A stretch of DNA of 64,000 bases from contig CAWHXD010000005.1 in the NCBI GenBank assembly GCA_963833225.1, forward strand, positions 64,001-128,000. Direction: 5' to 3'. This document shows positions 20,879 through 31,648 of the stretch, piece after piece. Below the pieces are notes generated by a model, which was not told where the DNA came from, searched no databases, and was given only the letters and a program-made list of their open reading frames with translations. The first letter of the stretch is position 1. Each line of letters begins with the position of its first letter. The stretch comes from an uncultured Chloroflexia bacterium. Its GTDB lineage: Bacteria; Chloroflexota; Limnocylindria; Limnocylindrales; CSP1-4. The translations under genes and the position numbers were made by a program.

Positions 20879-20914
20879 GGCCGGGGATTGCGGATCCGTC
20901 CGCAGTCCCCGGCC
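20879..20914. terminator. Hairpin between convergent genes
   Basis: GGCCGGGGATTGCGGA-TCCG-TCCGCAGTCCCCGGCC, extendable outward to CTGTCCC/GGGACAG. Confidence 0.7.
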
Positions 20915-20974
20915 GGTGCGTGTCCGGGACAGAGATGGATGGTGAGTGGGGCAAGCGCGACGCCTGACGGACCC

Positions 20975-21739
20975 TCAGAGATTCAGGTCCGTGCCCGGCC
21001 AGACCATCTCTACCGGTCCGGCGTACGCGGCCCGGCACGAATCGACGGTGGCGCCCGGGTCGTTCCCCATCTGGAGGTGGGTCAGGAGCGCCCGTGAGAC
21101 CCCCGTGGATGCCGCCAGCCGCCCAACAGATGGCCCGTCGAGGTGCTGGGCGCCGGGCGGCACCGGTCCAGTCCCGAACGACACCTCGGCCAGGAGGATG
21201 TCACCCGGGCGGACGAGCGGCGCGATGTCCTCGGCCCGGCCGCAGTCGCCGCTGTACACGAGTCCGGACCCGTCGCCGGCCACCGGCCCCACCCGGATGG
21301 CGTAGCTCTCGTTCGTGTGCGTCACGAGTCGCCCCTGCACCGTCAGGTCACCGATCCGGTGCGGCTGGTCGCCGAGCGATGCGATGTCCAGCGCTTCGGC
21401 GCAGAACCCGGGCCAGGCGTGGAGCGCGTCCAGCCGTTGGGCCAGCTCGGATGGCCCCAGGACACGCATCCTGCGCGGCGGGGAGAACTCGTACCGCAGG
21501 TAGTGCCGGAAGGGCACCAGATCGATGTAGTGGTCCGGGTGCAGGTGGCTGATCGCCACGGCGTCGAGGTCCTCGGCGCGCAGGTGCTCGAAGATCCGCG
21601 GGAACGACCCCTGGCCAAGGTCGACCAGGACGCGAGTCGAGCCGAGGGTGACGAGGTAGCACGCGCCGGTGGCACCGGGTCGATCGGTGTACGCGGGTCC
21701 GGCGCCCAGCACCGACAGCTGCAACGGCAGGTGGTTCAC
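20975..21739 (-). CDS. MBL-fold hydrolase (RNase Z/cyclic-nucleotide phosphodiesterase-like)
   Basis: SHLHPDH, YSGD, LLAE, HLDG, LLTH. Confidence 0.88.
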   Translation of the reverse strand: MNHLPLQLSVLGAGPAYTDRPGATGACYLVTLGSTRVLVDLGQGSFPRIFEHLRAEDLDAVAISHLHPDHYIDLVPFRHYLRYEFSPPRRMRVLGPSELAQRLDALHAWPGFCAEALDIASLGDQPHRIGDLTVQGRLVTHTNESYAIRVGPVAGDGSGLVYSGDCGRAEDIAPLVRPGDILLAEVSFGTGPVPPGAQHLDGPSVGRLAASTGVSRALLTHLQMGNDPGATVDSCRAAYAGPVEMVWPGTDLNL

Positions 21740-21775
21740 GCAGTGCAGGGTAGCGTGCCGCGGCTGCGGCGGTGC

Positions 21776-22658
21776 CTACGGCGCGTCGCCCGGCTTTGGC
21801 GTGGGGTGGGGCTTCTTGGTCTTGTCCGGCTTGCCGCCCGGGTGGTCGGTCACGCGTGGCTCGGGCGTTGGGTGCGGGCCCTTCGTCGCGGCCGGTTGGG
21901 GCTTGTCGGTGGCAGCGGGTTTGCCACCCGGCGTCCCGTTGCCGTTGCCGTTCCCATTCCCATTCCCGTTGCCGTTGGACCCCGGCTCGCCGCTCGACCC
22001 GATGGCGGACTGCAGCCGATCGATGACGCGCTCGCTGTTGCCGAGCGCACGCGTGATCCCGCTTGCCGCCGCATCAGGGGCGTTGCCGGCGATCTCGAGC
22101 AGGACGGCGTGGTGGAACTGGACCGCCACGAGGGCGCGTTCTGCCGACGATCCATCTGCCGCGAGCAGCTCGTCGATGGCCCGGTCGTAGGCGTCCAGGG
22201 CTGCCGCTGTCGCCGCGGGATCGTGACGGCCGGAGGCCTCGACCGCCTCGGCGAGGCGCGCCTGCGCCGCCTCGATCCGGGCATCGATGCGGGCATCCGC
22301 TCCCGACGGGAGGACGAGGGTCTCGAGCGCCAGGCGCGTCTCGTACAGCGGTCCGCCGGCGCGAGAGGCCGCAAACGCCGAGGATCCGATCACCAGACCC
22401 GCCAGCACGGCGGCTGTCAGCGAGAGGCTGAGGCGGCGGCTGTCCCAGCGGGAGAACAGGCGACGCCCACCGGAGGGACGCGCCCGCACCCGCGGCGAGC
22501 CTGCGGCGCCAGGCATGTTCCATGACCGCCGCGCGGGCGCGCCCCACCCGGGCCGGGCCGGGATCCAGCCTGACCCTTGCGTAGCGCGCCAGCATCCGCT
22601 CGAGCTCATCGCCCGCGAGCGGCTCGGCAACGGTCATCCGGTCTGTGTCCTCGTTCAT
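21776..22658 (-). CDS. Putative membrane-anchored anti-sigma factor (DUF5667-like), frameshift near 22480
   Basis: Overlaps the sigma stop codon; TM helix then SRAGGPLYETRLALE; GN repeat and Pro/Lys-rich tail. Confidence 0.7.
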
Positions 22659-23242
22659 CGGGTCGTTCCTGAGACCCGGGGCAGTGCGTCTGCGGGATCC
22701 TCGATCGCCAACTCCCGGCGAAGCGCGGCGATGGCCCGGAACTGGAGACCGCGGATGGTCCCTTCCTGGCGGCCCATGGCCTCGGCAGCCTCCCGCGCGG
22801 AGAGCCCCGCGAAGAAACGCAGCTCGATGGCCTCGCGCTGCTCCGGGGTCAGCCGGCGCAGCGCAGCGGTGACGCTGTCCATCTCCTGGCGAATCTGCGC
22901 CAGGTCGTCGGGTCCGACCCCGCTGTCGACGCGCTCGGCGACGATATCGAGGGTGGCGTGATCCCGGCGTGTTCGCATGTGGTCGATGACGACGTTCCTG
23001 GCCAGCCGGAACAGCCAGCCCCCGAAGGGGATGCCCCGCGACTCGTAGCGCGGCAGGGCCTCCAGGGCCTTGACGAAGACGAGCTGCGCCAGGTCCTCCG
23101 CGTCGCTCGGGCGTCCGACGCGGGCCGCGACGTAGCGGTAGACCGGCCCGTAGTAGTGGTCGAACAGGGACCCGAAGGCTTCGGGGTCACCCTGCTGCGC
23201 CGCTGCTACGAGGCGGTCGATCGCCCCGTCGTCGCTGGTCAT
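22655..23242 (-). CDS. ECF sigma-70 factor
   Basis: DAEDLAQLVFVKA, WLFRLARNVVID, LTPEQREAIELRFFAGLS region-4 HTH. Confidence 0.95.
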   Translation of the reverse strand: MTSDDGAIDRLVAAAQQGDPEAFGSLFDHYYGPVYRYVAARVGRPSDAEDLAQLVFVKALEALPRYESRGIPFGGWLFRLARNVVIDHMRTRRDHATLDIVAERVDSGVGPDDLAQIRQEMDSVTAALRRLTPEQREAIELRFFAGLSAREAAEAMGRQEGTIRGLQFRAIAALRRELAIEDPADALPRVSGTTR

Positions 23243-23282
23243 AACGATGCCGTTGCCCCCGCGTTAGGTCCCGGTCGCTACA

Positions 23283-24220
23283 TCACAGCCCTGTCGGCAG
23301 GGCGACGTCCACTCGCGTGCCCCCGCGCCGGAACGCCAGCGCCTCGAATCCGGCGCCGGCAACCGCACCATACGCTCTCGAGAGGCCGTAGGTGAACCAC
23401 TCGGTTCGGTGGGCGTCGCTGCCAATGGTCACGTGTCGGCCCCCCAGCTCCCGGTATCGGGTGACGATCGCTGGGGCCGGGTACGTCTCGCGGGGCAGCT
23501 GTCGCAGGCCCGAGGCGTTGACCTCCAGGGCCGTGCCGGACTCGACGAGTGCGGCGAGGACGGGCTCGTACAGCTCCGGGGCGGCCGCGAGCTGGGAAGG
23601 CAGCACGTGGGGAATGAGGTAGCGCTTGACGAAGTCCAGGTGGCCGATGGTGTCGAACAGGCCCGACCGGGCAGCGCCGATCACCTCGTCGAAGTAGGGT
23701 TCGACGATCTCGGGCAGCGGAGTGGCCGGCCACGAACGACGCCACGTTGGAGGCCTTGTACGGGGACTCGGCGCTGACGTGGACCGACCCGATGACGTAG
23801 TCGTGCGGGTGCCGCGAGCAGCCAGCCGCGGATGTCCTCCTCGTACCGCCGCTCGTACGTCACTTCCACGCCAAACGAGATCGCGAGGCCACGGTCCGCC
23901 CAGCGTGCCGCCGCCTCCCGCACGTCCCGCTCGCGGTCCGCGAACGAGGCGAACCCGTAGGCGGGCATGGTGGGATCGAAGTCCACGTGGTCCGTGATCG
24001 CGAGCTCGGCGATCCCGCGCTCCACCGCCAGCACGCAGTACGCCTCGAGCATCGCGTTCGCGTCGGGCGAGCGGATCGTGTGCAGATGCGAGTCCAGCGG
24101 CAGGTCGCGCGAGTCGCCGAGCCCGGCGCCGAGCCCGGCGAGGAACACCTCGCGCTCGACCTCCGCCCGAGGGCGGGTGTCGGCGGGGTCGGGTGCGCCG
24201 ACGGGATGGGCCCGGCTCAC
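23283..24220 (-). CDS. PHP-family histidinol-phosphatase (HisJ-like), frameshifts near 23820 and 23720
   Basis: DSHLHT, ITDH, GVE, GHLD, LEVNASG, IGSDAH. Confidence 0.85.
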
Positions 24221-25443
24221 CCGCTGATCACACCCAGCTCGCGCCCGACACGGTCGAACGCGCCCACCGCCTGCTCGAGCAGATCGCGGGAATGTGCCGC
24301 GGTCACGATCGTCCGGATCCGCGCCCGGTCCAGGGCCACGGTCGGGAACACGACCGACGTGCCGAACACGCCCTCCTCGAACAGCCGGTTCGAGAAGCGG
24401 ATCGTCGTCTCGCTGTCGCCCAGGATCACCGGCGTGATCGGTGTCTCGCTGGTGCCGGTGTCGAACCCGAGCCGGCCAAGCTCCGCCTTGAGGAAGCGGG
24501 TGTTGGCCCACAGCCGCTCGAGCAGCTCCGGCTCCTGCTGCATGATCGCGATCGCCTCGCGGCAGGCCGCGGCGACCGCGGGCGGGTGGCTGGTGGAGAA
24601 CAGGAACGGGCGCGCGCGCTGGACCAGGATGTCGCGCAGGGCCTGTGACCCCGCCACGTAGCCGCCCAGGACGCCCACGGCCTTGGACAGGGTTCCGACC
24701 TGGACGGCGACCCGTCCATCGAGGCCGAAATGGTTGACCGTCCCGCGGCCGTCCGCGCCGAGCACGCCCGAGGCGTGGGCATCGTCCACCATCACCGCGG
24801 CCCCGAACGCCTCCGCGACCTCCACGATGCCCGGCAGGGGCGCGATGTCGCCGTCCATCGAGAACACGCCGTCGGTGACCACCAGGATCAGCCGCCACGG
24901 CGTGCCCTGGCCGTCACGACCCTGCTCGGTGGCATCGGCGAGGACCTCGCGGAGCGAGTCGATGTCGGCGTGGCGGTAGATCTTCCGGGGCGCCTTGGAC
25001 AATCGCATGCCGTCGATGATCGAGGCGTGGTTCAGCTCGTCCGACACGATCAGGTCGGTCTCGCCGGTGATCGTGGGGATGACGCCCGTGTTGGCGCTGA
25101 AGCCCGACTGGAAGGTCAGGACCGCATCGGTGTGCTTGAAGGCCGCGAGGTCCGCCTCGAGCGCCTCGTGAAGGGTCATCGTGCCGGCGATCGTCCGCAC
25201 GGCGCCGGAGCCCGCGCCGTACAGCTCCACGGCGGCAATCGCCGCGCGCTTCATGCGCGGGTGGTTCGACAGTCCCAGGTAGTCGTTGGACGAGAGGCTG
25301 ATGACGCGGCGGTCGTCGAGCGACACGATCGGCCCCTGGGCGGATGACATGACCCGCAGCGGGCGGTACAGGTGGCGCTCCCGCATCGCGGCCAGCTCGT
25401 CGTCGATGAAGGCCAGGGGGTTGGGGCGCGACGCCGTGTCCAT
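24217..25443 (-). CDS. kbl: Glycine C-acetyltransferase (2-amino-3-ketobutyrate CoA ligase)
   Basis: SSNDYLGL, DELNHASIIDG, DGVFSMDG, DDAH, GTLSKA; directly downstream of tdh. Confidence 0.92.
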   Translation of the reverse strand: MDTASRPNPLAFIDDELAAMRERHLYRPLRVMSSAQGPIVSLDDRRVISLSSNDYLGLSNHPRMKRAAIAAVELYGAGSGAVRTIAGTMTLHEALEADLAAFKHTDAVLTFQSGFSANTGVIPTITGETDLIVSDELNHASIIDGMRLSKAPRKIYRHADIDSLREVLADATEQGRDGQGTPWRLILVVTDGVFSMDGDIAPLPGIVEVAEAFGAAVMVDDAHASGVLGADGRGTVNHFGLDGRVAVQVGTLSKAVGVLGGYVAGSQALRDILVQRARPFLFSTSHPPAVAAACREAIAIMQQEPELLERLWANTRFLKAELGRLGFDTGTSETPITPVILGDSETTIRFSNRLFEEGVFGTSVVFPTVALDRARIRTIVTAAHSRDLLEQAVGAFDRVGRELGVISG

Positions 25444-25464
25444 GGATGCCTCCTTCGCCACCGG

Positions 25465-26493
25465 CTAGTCCGTCCAGTCCAGGATGACCTTGCCCGAGTC
25501 GCCGGACCGCGCCGCCTCGAACGCGGCCTCGTGGTCCCGGAACCCGAACCGGTGGGTGATGGCGGGACGGATGTCCAGTCCCGACTGGAGCATCACCGTC
25601 ATCTTGTACCAGGTCTCGTACATCTCGCGGCCGTAGATGCCGCGGATCGTCAGCAGCTTGAACACGATCTCGTTGACGTCGATCCGGATGTCCTGGGTGG
25701 GGATGCCGAGGATCGCGATCGACCCGCCGTGGGCCATGCTGTCCATGGCGCTCCGGATGGCGGCTGGGGCGCCGGACATCTCCAGGGCCACGTCGAACCC
25801 CTCCACCATCCCCAGCTCCTCCTGGACGTCGGCGACATCCTCGTGGACCGGGTCCACGACCCTCGTCGCCCCCATCCGGAGGGCAAGCTCGCGTCGGGTG
25901 GGGTTGGGCTCGGAGACGACCACGAACCGCGCGCCGGCGTGACGGACGACCGCGGTGGCCATCAGGCCGATGGGGCCCGCGCCCGTGATCAGCACATCCT
26001 CGCCCAGGACCGGGAAGGCGAGCGCCGTATGGACCGCGTTCCCGAACGGATCGAAGATCGCCGCCACCTCATCGTCGATGCCGGGCCAGTGGTGCCAGAT
26101 GTTGGTCATCGGGAGCACCACGTACTCGGCGAAGGCGCCAGCCCGTCCCACGCCCAGTCCGACCGTGTTGGCGCACAGGTGGCGGCGTCCGGCGAGGCAG
26201 TGGCGGCAGCGACCGCAGGTGACGTGCCCCTCACCGCTGACGACGTCGCCCGGGTGGTAGTCCATCACGTTGGAGCCCACCGACACGATCTCGCCCACGA
26301 ACTCGTGACCGGCGATGAGCGGGGGCTCGATCGTCCGCGCGGCCCACGGGTCCCAGGACTCGATGTGGAGGTCCGTGCCGCAGATGCCGGTCTTGCGGAC
26401 GCGGATGAGGACGTCGTTGATGCCCGGGACCGGGTCCGGGACGTGCTCCAGGCTGAGGCCCGGGCCGGGTGCGGTCTTCACCAGGGCAAGCAT
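25465..26493 (-). CDS. tdh: L-threonine 3-dehydrogenase
   Basis: GICGTDLHI, GHEFVG, CGRCRHC...C, DPFGNAVHT, GIYGREMYETW. Confidence 0.96.
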   Translation of the reverse strand: MLALVKTAPGPGLSLEHVPDPVPGINDVLIRVRKTGICGTDLHIESWDPWAARTIEPPLIAGHEFVGEIVSVGSNVMDYHPGDVVSGEGHVTCGRCRHCLAGRRHLCANTVGLGVGRAGAFAEYVVLPMTNIWHHWPGIDDEVAAIFDPFGNAVHTALAFPVLGEDVLITGAGPIGLMATAVVRHAGARFVVVSEPNPTRRELALRMGATRVVDPVHEDVADVQEELGMVEGFDVALEMSGAPAAIRSAMDSMAHGGSIAILGIPTQDIRIDVNEIVFKLLTIRGIYGREMYETWYKMTVMLQSGLDIRPAITHRFGFRDHEAAFEAARSGDSGKVILDWTD

Positions 26494-26532
26494 GGGCGGC
26501 TCCTGCCTGTTCGACCCCTCGGGGCCCTGCGC

Positions 26533-27513
26533 TCAGGGCGCCGGACGGGGGTCCTCGTTCCAGTCGACGATCGGATTCTCCACCATGCCGATGCCCTCGA
26601 TCTCGCACCGGACGCGGTCACCGGGCTCCAGGAAGACGGGCGGCTCGCGGAACACCCCGACGCCCGCCGGCGTGCCCGTGGCGATCACGTCGCCGGGCTC
26701 GAGCGTGATCTGCCGGCTGATGAAGCTCACCAGCGAGGGCACATCCTGGAGCATGTCGGCCGTGTTCCCGTCCTGCATCAGGACCAGGGTGCCCGCGTCG
26801 CTCCCGGTGCCCGGGATCCGCCAGCTCCGGAGCGCGAGGCCCGCTCCAGGGTCCACCTCGTCCGGGGTCACGAACGCGGGACCCATCGGCAGGAAGGTGT
26901 CCGAGCCCTTGGCGCGCAGCCACTGGCCGTCGCCCTTCTCGCCGTCGCGTAGCGCCTGCGGGTTGCCCTGCCAGTCGCGGGCGCTGACGTCGTTGACCAC
27001 GACGTACCCGGCAACGTGCTCGCGCGCCTCCTCCGGGGTGACCCGGCGGGCGGCACGCCCGATCACGACCCCAAGCTCCACCTCGAGGTCCAGGGCCCGC
27101 GTCCCCTCGGGCCGGACGATGGCGTCCCCGTCGCCCACGATCGTGTTCTGGAACTTGCTGAACAGCATCGGCCGGTCCGGTGGCGTGCGTCCACCCTCCG
27201 TCGCGTGGTCGCCATAGTTGAGGCCGACGCAGATGATCTTGCCCGTGACGACCTCATTGAGAGCGGGTGCGGGGCGCCGTGCCTCCAGCTCGATCAGGGG
27301 CGCCCCGGCCTTCAGCGCCCGCCGGGCCGCGCGCCGGAGCTCACCGATCCAGTCATCGTCAAACCCCAGCTGGAAGCCGACCCCGAGGTGGGTGTCGATC
27401 GACGGGTCGAGCCGCCCGCGCTTCTCCAGCTGCGAGCCCGTCAGGAGGCGGCCCATGATGACGACGCCGAATCGCTCGTCGTCGTAGCGGTCGTAGTACG
27501 CGTGGAGGTGCAT
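26533..27513 (-). CDS. Fumarylacetoacetate hydrolase family protein
   Basis: KIICVGLNY, DLEVELGVVIG, NDVSARD, KGSDTF, ATGTPAGVG. Confidence 0.92.
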   Translation of the reverse strand: MHLHAYYDRYDDERFGVVIMGRLLTGSQLEKRGRLDPSIDTHLGVGFQLGFDDDWIGELRRAARRALKAGAPLIELEARRPAPALNEVVTGKIICVGLNYGDHATEGGRTPPDRPMLFSKFQNTIVGDGDAIVRPEGTRALDLEVELGVVIGRAARRVTPEEAREHVAGYVVVNDVSARDWQGNPQALRDGEKGDGQWLRAKGSDTFLPMGPAFVTPDEVDPGAGLALRSWRIPGTGSDAGTLVLMQDGNTADMLQDVPSLVSFISRQITLEPGDVIATGTPAGVGVFREPPVFLEPGDRVRCEIEGIGMVENPIVDWNEDPRPAP

Positions 27514-27523
27514 CGGCTCCCCG

Positions 27524-28339
27524 TCAGCTGGCGGCCTGGCTGGATGACACCGACGAGCCGGCCGAGGGGCTCGCGGAGGGGACCGCGCACTGTGGCTCCG
27601 GCGGCGCCACGAAGCGACCCCCGGAGACCCGTTCACCGTACCGGAGGAAGAAATCGTAGACCTGGGCGTCGTCGAGCGTGTCGAGGTAGAGCACTCGGTC
27701 CCAGATCAGCGCGGCGTAGCGCGTCGGCATCTGCTCGAAGCGCGCGACGACGGGACCCACCACGCCCGGAGGGAGGTTGCACAGCGCGCTGCTGGGGAAG
27801 CCCTGGTCGAACGCCTGCAGGGCCGCGAGGCCGGCGTCGTCGCAGGCTCCCTTGTCGCAGGAGTAGAGCAGCACCAGGCCACCGTGCTCGAGGTTGTGGA
27901 CCCAGCCATTGGGGACGCTGTCATCGTTGGGCCCGTACACCTTTGGCGTCAGTGGCCCGAACCCAGCCTTGTTGACGTGCTTTCCCGATGCCGGCGGGCA
28001 CACCGTGTAGGTGACCTTGTCGCCGGTCTGCACGTGGTCGTTGCCCTGGTCCGGCTGGACCTGGCCGAGCTCGCCCTGCGCGGGCGGCTGGACAGTATCG
28101 ATCGTCGAGCAGGCGTAGACGGGCGCCGCGGCACCCGCGAACACGTAGAAGCCGACGCCGACGAGCGCGACGATCACCACGATCGCGAGAATCGGGGTGC
28201 GCAGGCGCTGCTGGGCGGTCTGCTCCGGCGGGCGGTGGCGAGCGGCATCGCGTCGCCCGGCACGGGGCGTGCCGGTCGGGCTGCTGTTCCTGGGTCGCTG
28301 GCCGGTGCCCTTGCTAGAGGGCCGGCGAGAGTCGGTCAC
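27524..28339 (-). CDS. DUF3105-like membrane-anchored protein
   Basis: TM helix, PPASGKH, VHNLEHGGLVLLY, C-terminal PE. Confidence 0.8.
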   Translation of the reverse strand: MTDSRRPSSKGTGQRPRNSSPTGTPRAGRRDAARHRPPEQTAQQRLRTPILAIVVIVALVGVGFYVFAGAAAPVYACSTIDTVQPPAQGELGQVQPDQGNDHVQTGDKVTYTVCPPASGKHVNKAGFGPLTPKVYGPNDDSVPNGWVHNLEHGGLVLLYSCDKGACDDAGLAALQAFDQGFPSSALCNLPPGVVGPVVARFEQMPTRYAALIWDRVLYLDTLDDAQVYDFFLRYGERVSGGRFVAPPEPQCAVPSASPSAGSSVSSSQAAS

Positions 28340-28484
28340 GGCTGGACAGCTCCGGTCGGTAGGAATCGACGTGGCGGGACGCCGCCGGCTGGCGCATCGC
28401 GACGGTTCGGCGGTGCTGCGAGGAAGGGTAGCGTCCCAGGCTGTCGCGCGCGCGAGACGACACGCCGCCCGACGGCGCCCGCAA

Positions 28485-28856
28485 CTACGGCTCGTTCAGC
28501 CAGGCGCGGACGTTGGGGCGGGTGAGACCAAAGAACAGCAGCGCCGCGAGTCCGGCGACGATGACCGCCGCGATGGGCAGCCCCGCAAGGATGGCCAGGA
28601 GGATCGCCGGCAGCGTCAGCGAGGACAGGCCCAGCGCCAGGGCCCGGCCCGCCTCCTTGCGCTGGAGGACGAGCGTGGTGGTGAAGATCGTGTAGGCGAG
28701 CAGGACCATGACCACGACACCCGGCAGCGAGATCGGCGCGCTGATCGCCTGGTCCACCACCCATCGGAGCGACACGCCGATGAGCCCCAGGACGAGGAAC
28801 GCGTAGCCGAGGAAGATCCGGATGCCGCCGGGCATCGCAAGGAGCTGGCGGAGCAT
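28485..28856 (-). CDS. Small four-TM membrane protein
   Basis: Hydrophobic ORF MLRQLLAMPGG...RAWLNEP. Confidence 0.7.
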   Translation of the reverse strand: MLRQLLAMPGGIRIFLGYAFLVLGLIGVSLRWVVDQAISAPISLPGVVVMVLLAYTIFTTTLVLQRKEAGRALALGLSSLTLPAILLAILAGLPIAAVIVAGLAALLFFGLTRPNVRAWLNEP

Positions 28857-28949
28857 GGACCGATGATGCCACCCGAGATTGGGTTCCGTTCTGGAGCTTG
28901 GTCGTGCCAGGCCCCGTGACGGCCCTGTCGATACCCGCAGGCTCGTCTC

Positions 28950-28978
28950 TTGACACCGTACCGCTGCCCGACTATCCT
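28950..28978 (+). promoter_or_regulatory. Sigma-70 promoter of the LacI/sugar operon
   Basis: TTGACA-17 nt-TATCCT. Confidence 0.8.
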
Positions 28979-28981
28979 CCC

Positions 28982-29005
28982 TAAACCGGTTTGCTGAACC
29001 GGTTG
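28982..29005. promoter_or_regulatory. Tandem LacI-family operators
   Basis: AAACCGGTTT (28983-92) and AACCGGTT (28997-29004), central-CG palindromes at the predicted transcription start. Confidence 0.75.
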
Positions 29006-29031
29006 CGTCGCACTCAACCGACGAGGAGACC

Positions 29032-30113
29032 GTGGAGGAGCGGACCCCGCGACGGACGCGCATCGCCGACGTCGCCCGCGTGGCGGGCGTGTCCAAGACG
29101 GCCGTGTCCTTCGCCTTCAACAGCCCTGGCCGGCTGGCGCCGCGAGACGGCGACCCGGATCCGGGATGTTGCCGATTCCCTGGGCTATCGTCCGAACCCG
29201 GTCGCCCGGATGCTCACCCAGCGCCAGACGCACACCCTCGGCGTGCTGACCCCGCAGGCGCTGTCGGTGATCTTCTCCAACCCGTTCTTCGGTGCCTTCA
29301 GCGAGGGGGTCGGCCTGGCCGCGGAAGAGGCGGGGTACGCGCTCCACTTCATCTCGCCGCTGCATGGCTCGCTGGCACGGGCGCTGGCCCGGGCGACGGT
29401 CGACGGGGTCGTCGTCATCGGTCTCGCCGCCGGCCACCCCGAGGTCGAGCAGATCCGTGCCGCCGGGGTGCCGCTGGTCATGGTCGACTCGAGCGCGCTT
29501 CCCGACCAGCCGTGCATCGAGATCGACGATGAGGGCGGGCGCGCGGTGCCGCTGCCGAACACCTCCTGGGCCTGGGCCACCGTGACATCCTGATCGTCGG
29601 GATCGAGTCGCCGATCCCGGGAGCCAGCCCGGAGCCGGAGAGCGTGATGGCGCGCCGGATGGGCGGCTATCTCGCGGCCGCTGGCCACGGAAGGGGTGGA
29701 GCTGCCCGACAGCGCTGTCGTCGAGGGGTCCAGCGACCATCGAGGGCGGGATCGCTGCGCTGCGAAGGGCGTGGGAAGACGGCCTCCGCCCGACGGGGGT
29801 GCTCGCGATGTCGGACGCGATGGCGATCGGCGTCCTGCGGGCTGCGCGCGAGCTCGGTGTGCGGGTCCCCGACGACTTCTCGGTCGTGGGCTTCGACGAC
29901 ATCGATATCAGCCAGCACACCAACCCGCCGCTCACGACGGTGCACCAGCCGATCCGCCAGAAGGGCGAGAGCGCGGTGCGCCTTCTGCTGTCCGTCGTCG
30001 AACGACGGGATCAAGCTCCCGAACAGCTCCGGCTCGAGACGCGGCTCATCGTCCGCGGCTCGACCGGACCGGTGCCGCGCCTGCGGCAGGAGGTGGACCG
30101 GGCTCGAGGCTGA
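29032..30113 (+). CDS. LacI-family transcriptional regulator, several frameshifts
   Basis: IADVARVAGVSKTAVSFAFN, LGYRPN, MSDAMAIG, VPDDFSVVGFDD, LTTVHQP, LIVRGST. Confidence 0.92.
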
Positions 30114-30255
30114 GATCGAGGGGCGGCGCGCGAACGATTGTTCGTCCGGCCGACCCACCGCTCGAGGGCCGGACCCGGCCCGCAACACGACCGGCTCCGT
30201 CGGTCGAGCACATCGGCATCAACTCAACGGTATCTCTTGGAGGAGAGCAACAGCA

Positions 30256-31539
30256 GTGAATACCAAGCTCCGGTTCGTCTCGCTCCTTGCGGGCGCGTCG
30301 CGATCCTTGCCGCCGCCTGTAGCGGCGGTTCGGCCACCCCCGCCCCGACCACGGCCCCCGAGTCCACGGCCCCTGAGTCGATGGCCCCCGAGTCGATGGC
30401 CCCCGAGTCGATGGCCCCGACGGGTCTCAGCGGCTCGCTCACGATCTGGCATTCGTACGGCTCCGGCGCCGGCACCGAGGCCACAGCCCTCAAGACCGTG
30501 ACCGACAAGATCATGGCCGCCAACCCGGATCTCAAGCTGACCGATCCAGGACGTCAAGTTCGACGACCTGTTCAAGAAGTTCGAGCTCGAAGCCGCCAGC
30601 GGCGGCGGGCCCGACCTGTTCATCGCCCCCAACGACAGCCTGGGCAAGGAGGCCCGCGCGGGCCTGTTCCTCGACGTCACCTCGATGCTCGAAGGCAAGC
30701 TGGGCAACGACTCCCAGGTCTCGATCGACGGCAGCAAGGTCGACGGCGAGCTGTACATGGTCCCCGAGTCCCTCAAGGCCGTGGCGATGTACTACGACAA
30801 GTCGAAGATCGCGACCCCGCCGGCAACGACCGACGAGCTCCTCGCCGGCGTCACCGACGGCAGCATCCAGGCCGGGTTTCGACGCACACAGCTCCTACCA
30901 CAGCTTCGGCTGGTGGGCGGCCTTCGGCGGCCAGCTCGATGGACGCCACCGGCAAGTGCGTCGCCGACACGAACGGGCGTCGCCGACGCGTACGCCTACT
31001 TCCAGGCAGCTCCAGGCGGCGGGCGCGCAACGTGGTACGACAAGTACGACGACCTGCCAGAGCGACTTCAAGACGGGCAAGATCGACCTCATCGTCGATG
31101 GCCCGTGGGCGTCCGGTGGCTACAAGGAGGCCCTCGGCGACAACCTCGGCGTCGCCCCGATGCCCGGCCGGCCCCAAGGGCCCGTCCAAGCCGCTGACCG
31201 GCGTCGACGGCTGGTACATCAACACCAACACGGCCGACTCCCGACGCTCGCCGTCGCGTTCGCGCTCGAGATGGTCAAGCCCGAGAACGAGCAGGTCTTC
31301 GTCGATACCGGCGGGCCACATCCCGGCCGACACGACCATCCACGATCAGCGATCCGATCACGCAGAAGTTCGCCGAAGCGGTCGCCACGGGCTTCCCGCG
31401 CCCGCAGGTGCCCGAGCTCGACAACTTCTGGGGCAACTTCGACAACGCGTTGAATCGTCGTCATCCAGACAGGGCAACGATCCGCCAGAAGGCCGCGACC
31501 GACGCCTGCGACGCGATGAACAAGGCCAACGGCAAGTAG
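30256..31539 (+). CDS. Maltose/maltodextrin-type ABC solute-binding lipoprotein, heavily frameshifted
   Basis: GGAGGAG RBS, LAAC lipobox, LTIWHSY, GGGPDLFIAPND, DGPW, GHIPA fragments. Confidence 0.85.
30351..30419 (+). repeat. 15-nt tandem repeat encoding APES(T/M)
   Basis: GCCCCCGAGTCGATG-type units, about four copies. Confidence 0.85.
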
Positions 31540-31648
31540 CCGCAGTCCAGGGGCTTCGGGCGACGGACCCATCGGCGTCGTCGACTCCGACCGCCCGACC
31601 AAGAGCCCGACGCCATCGGCAGCACGCGAGCGAGGAGGGCCAAGCGAG

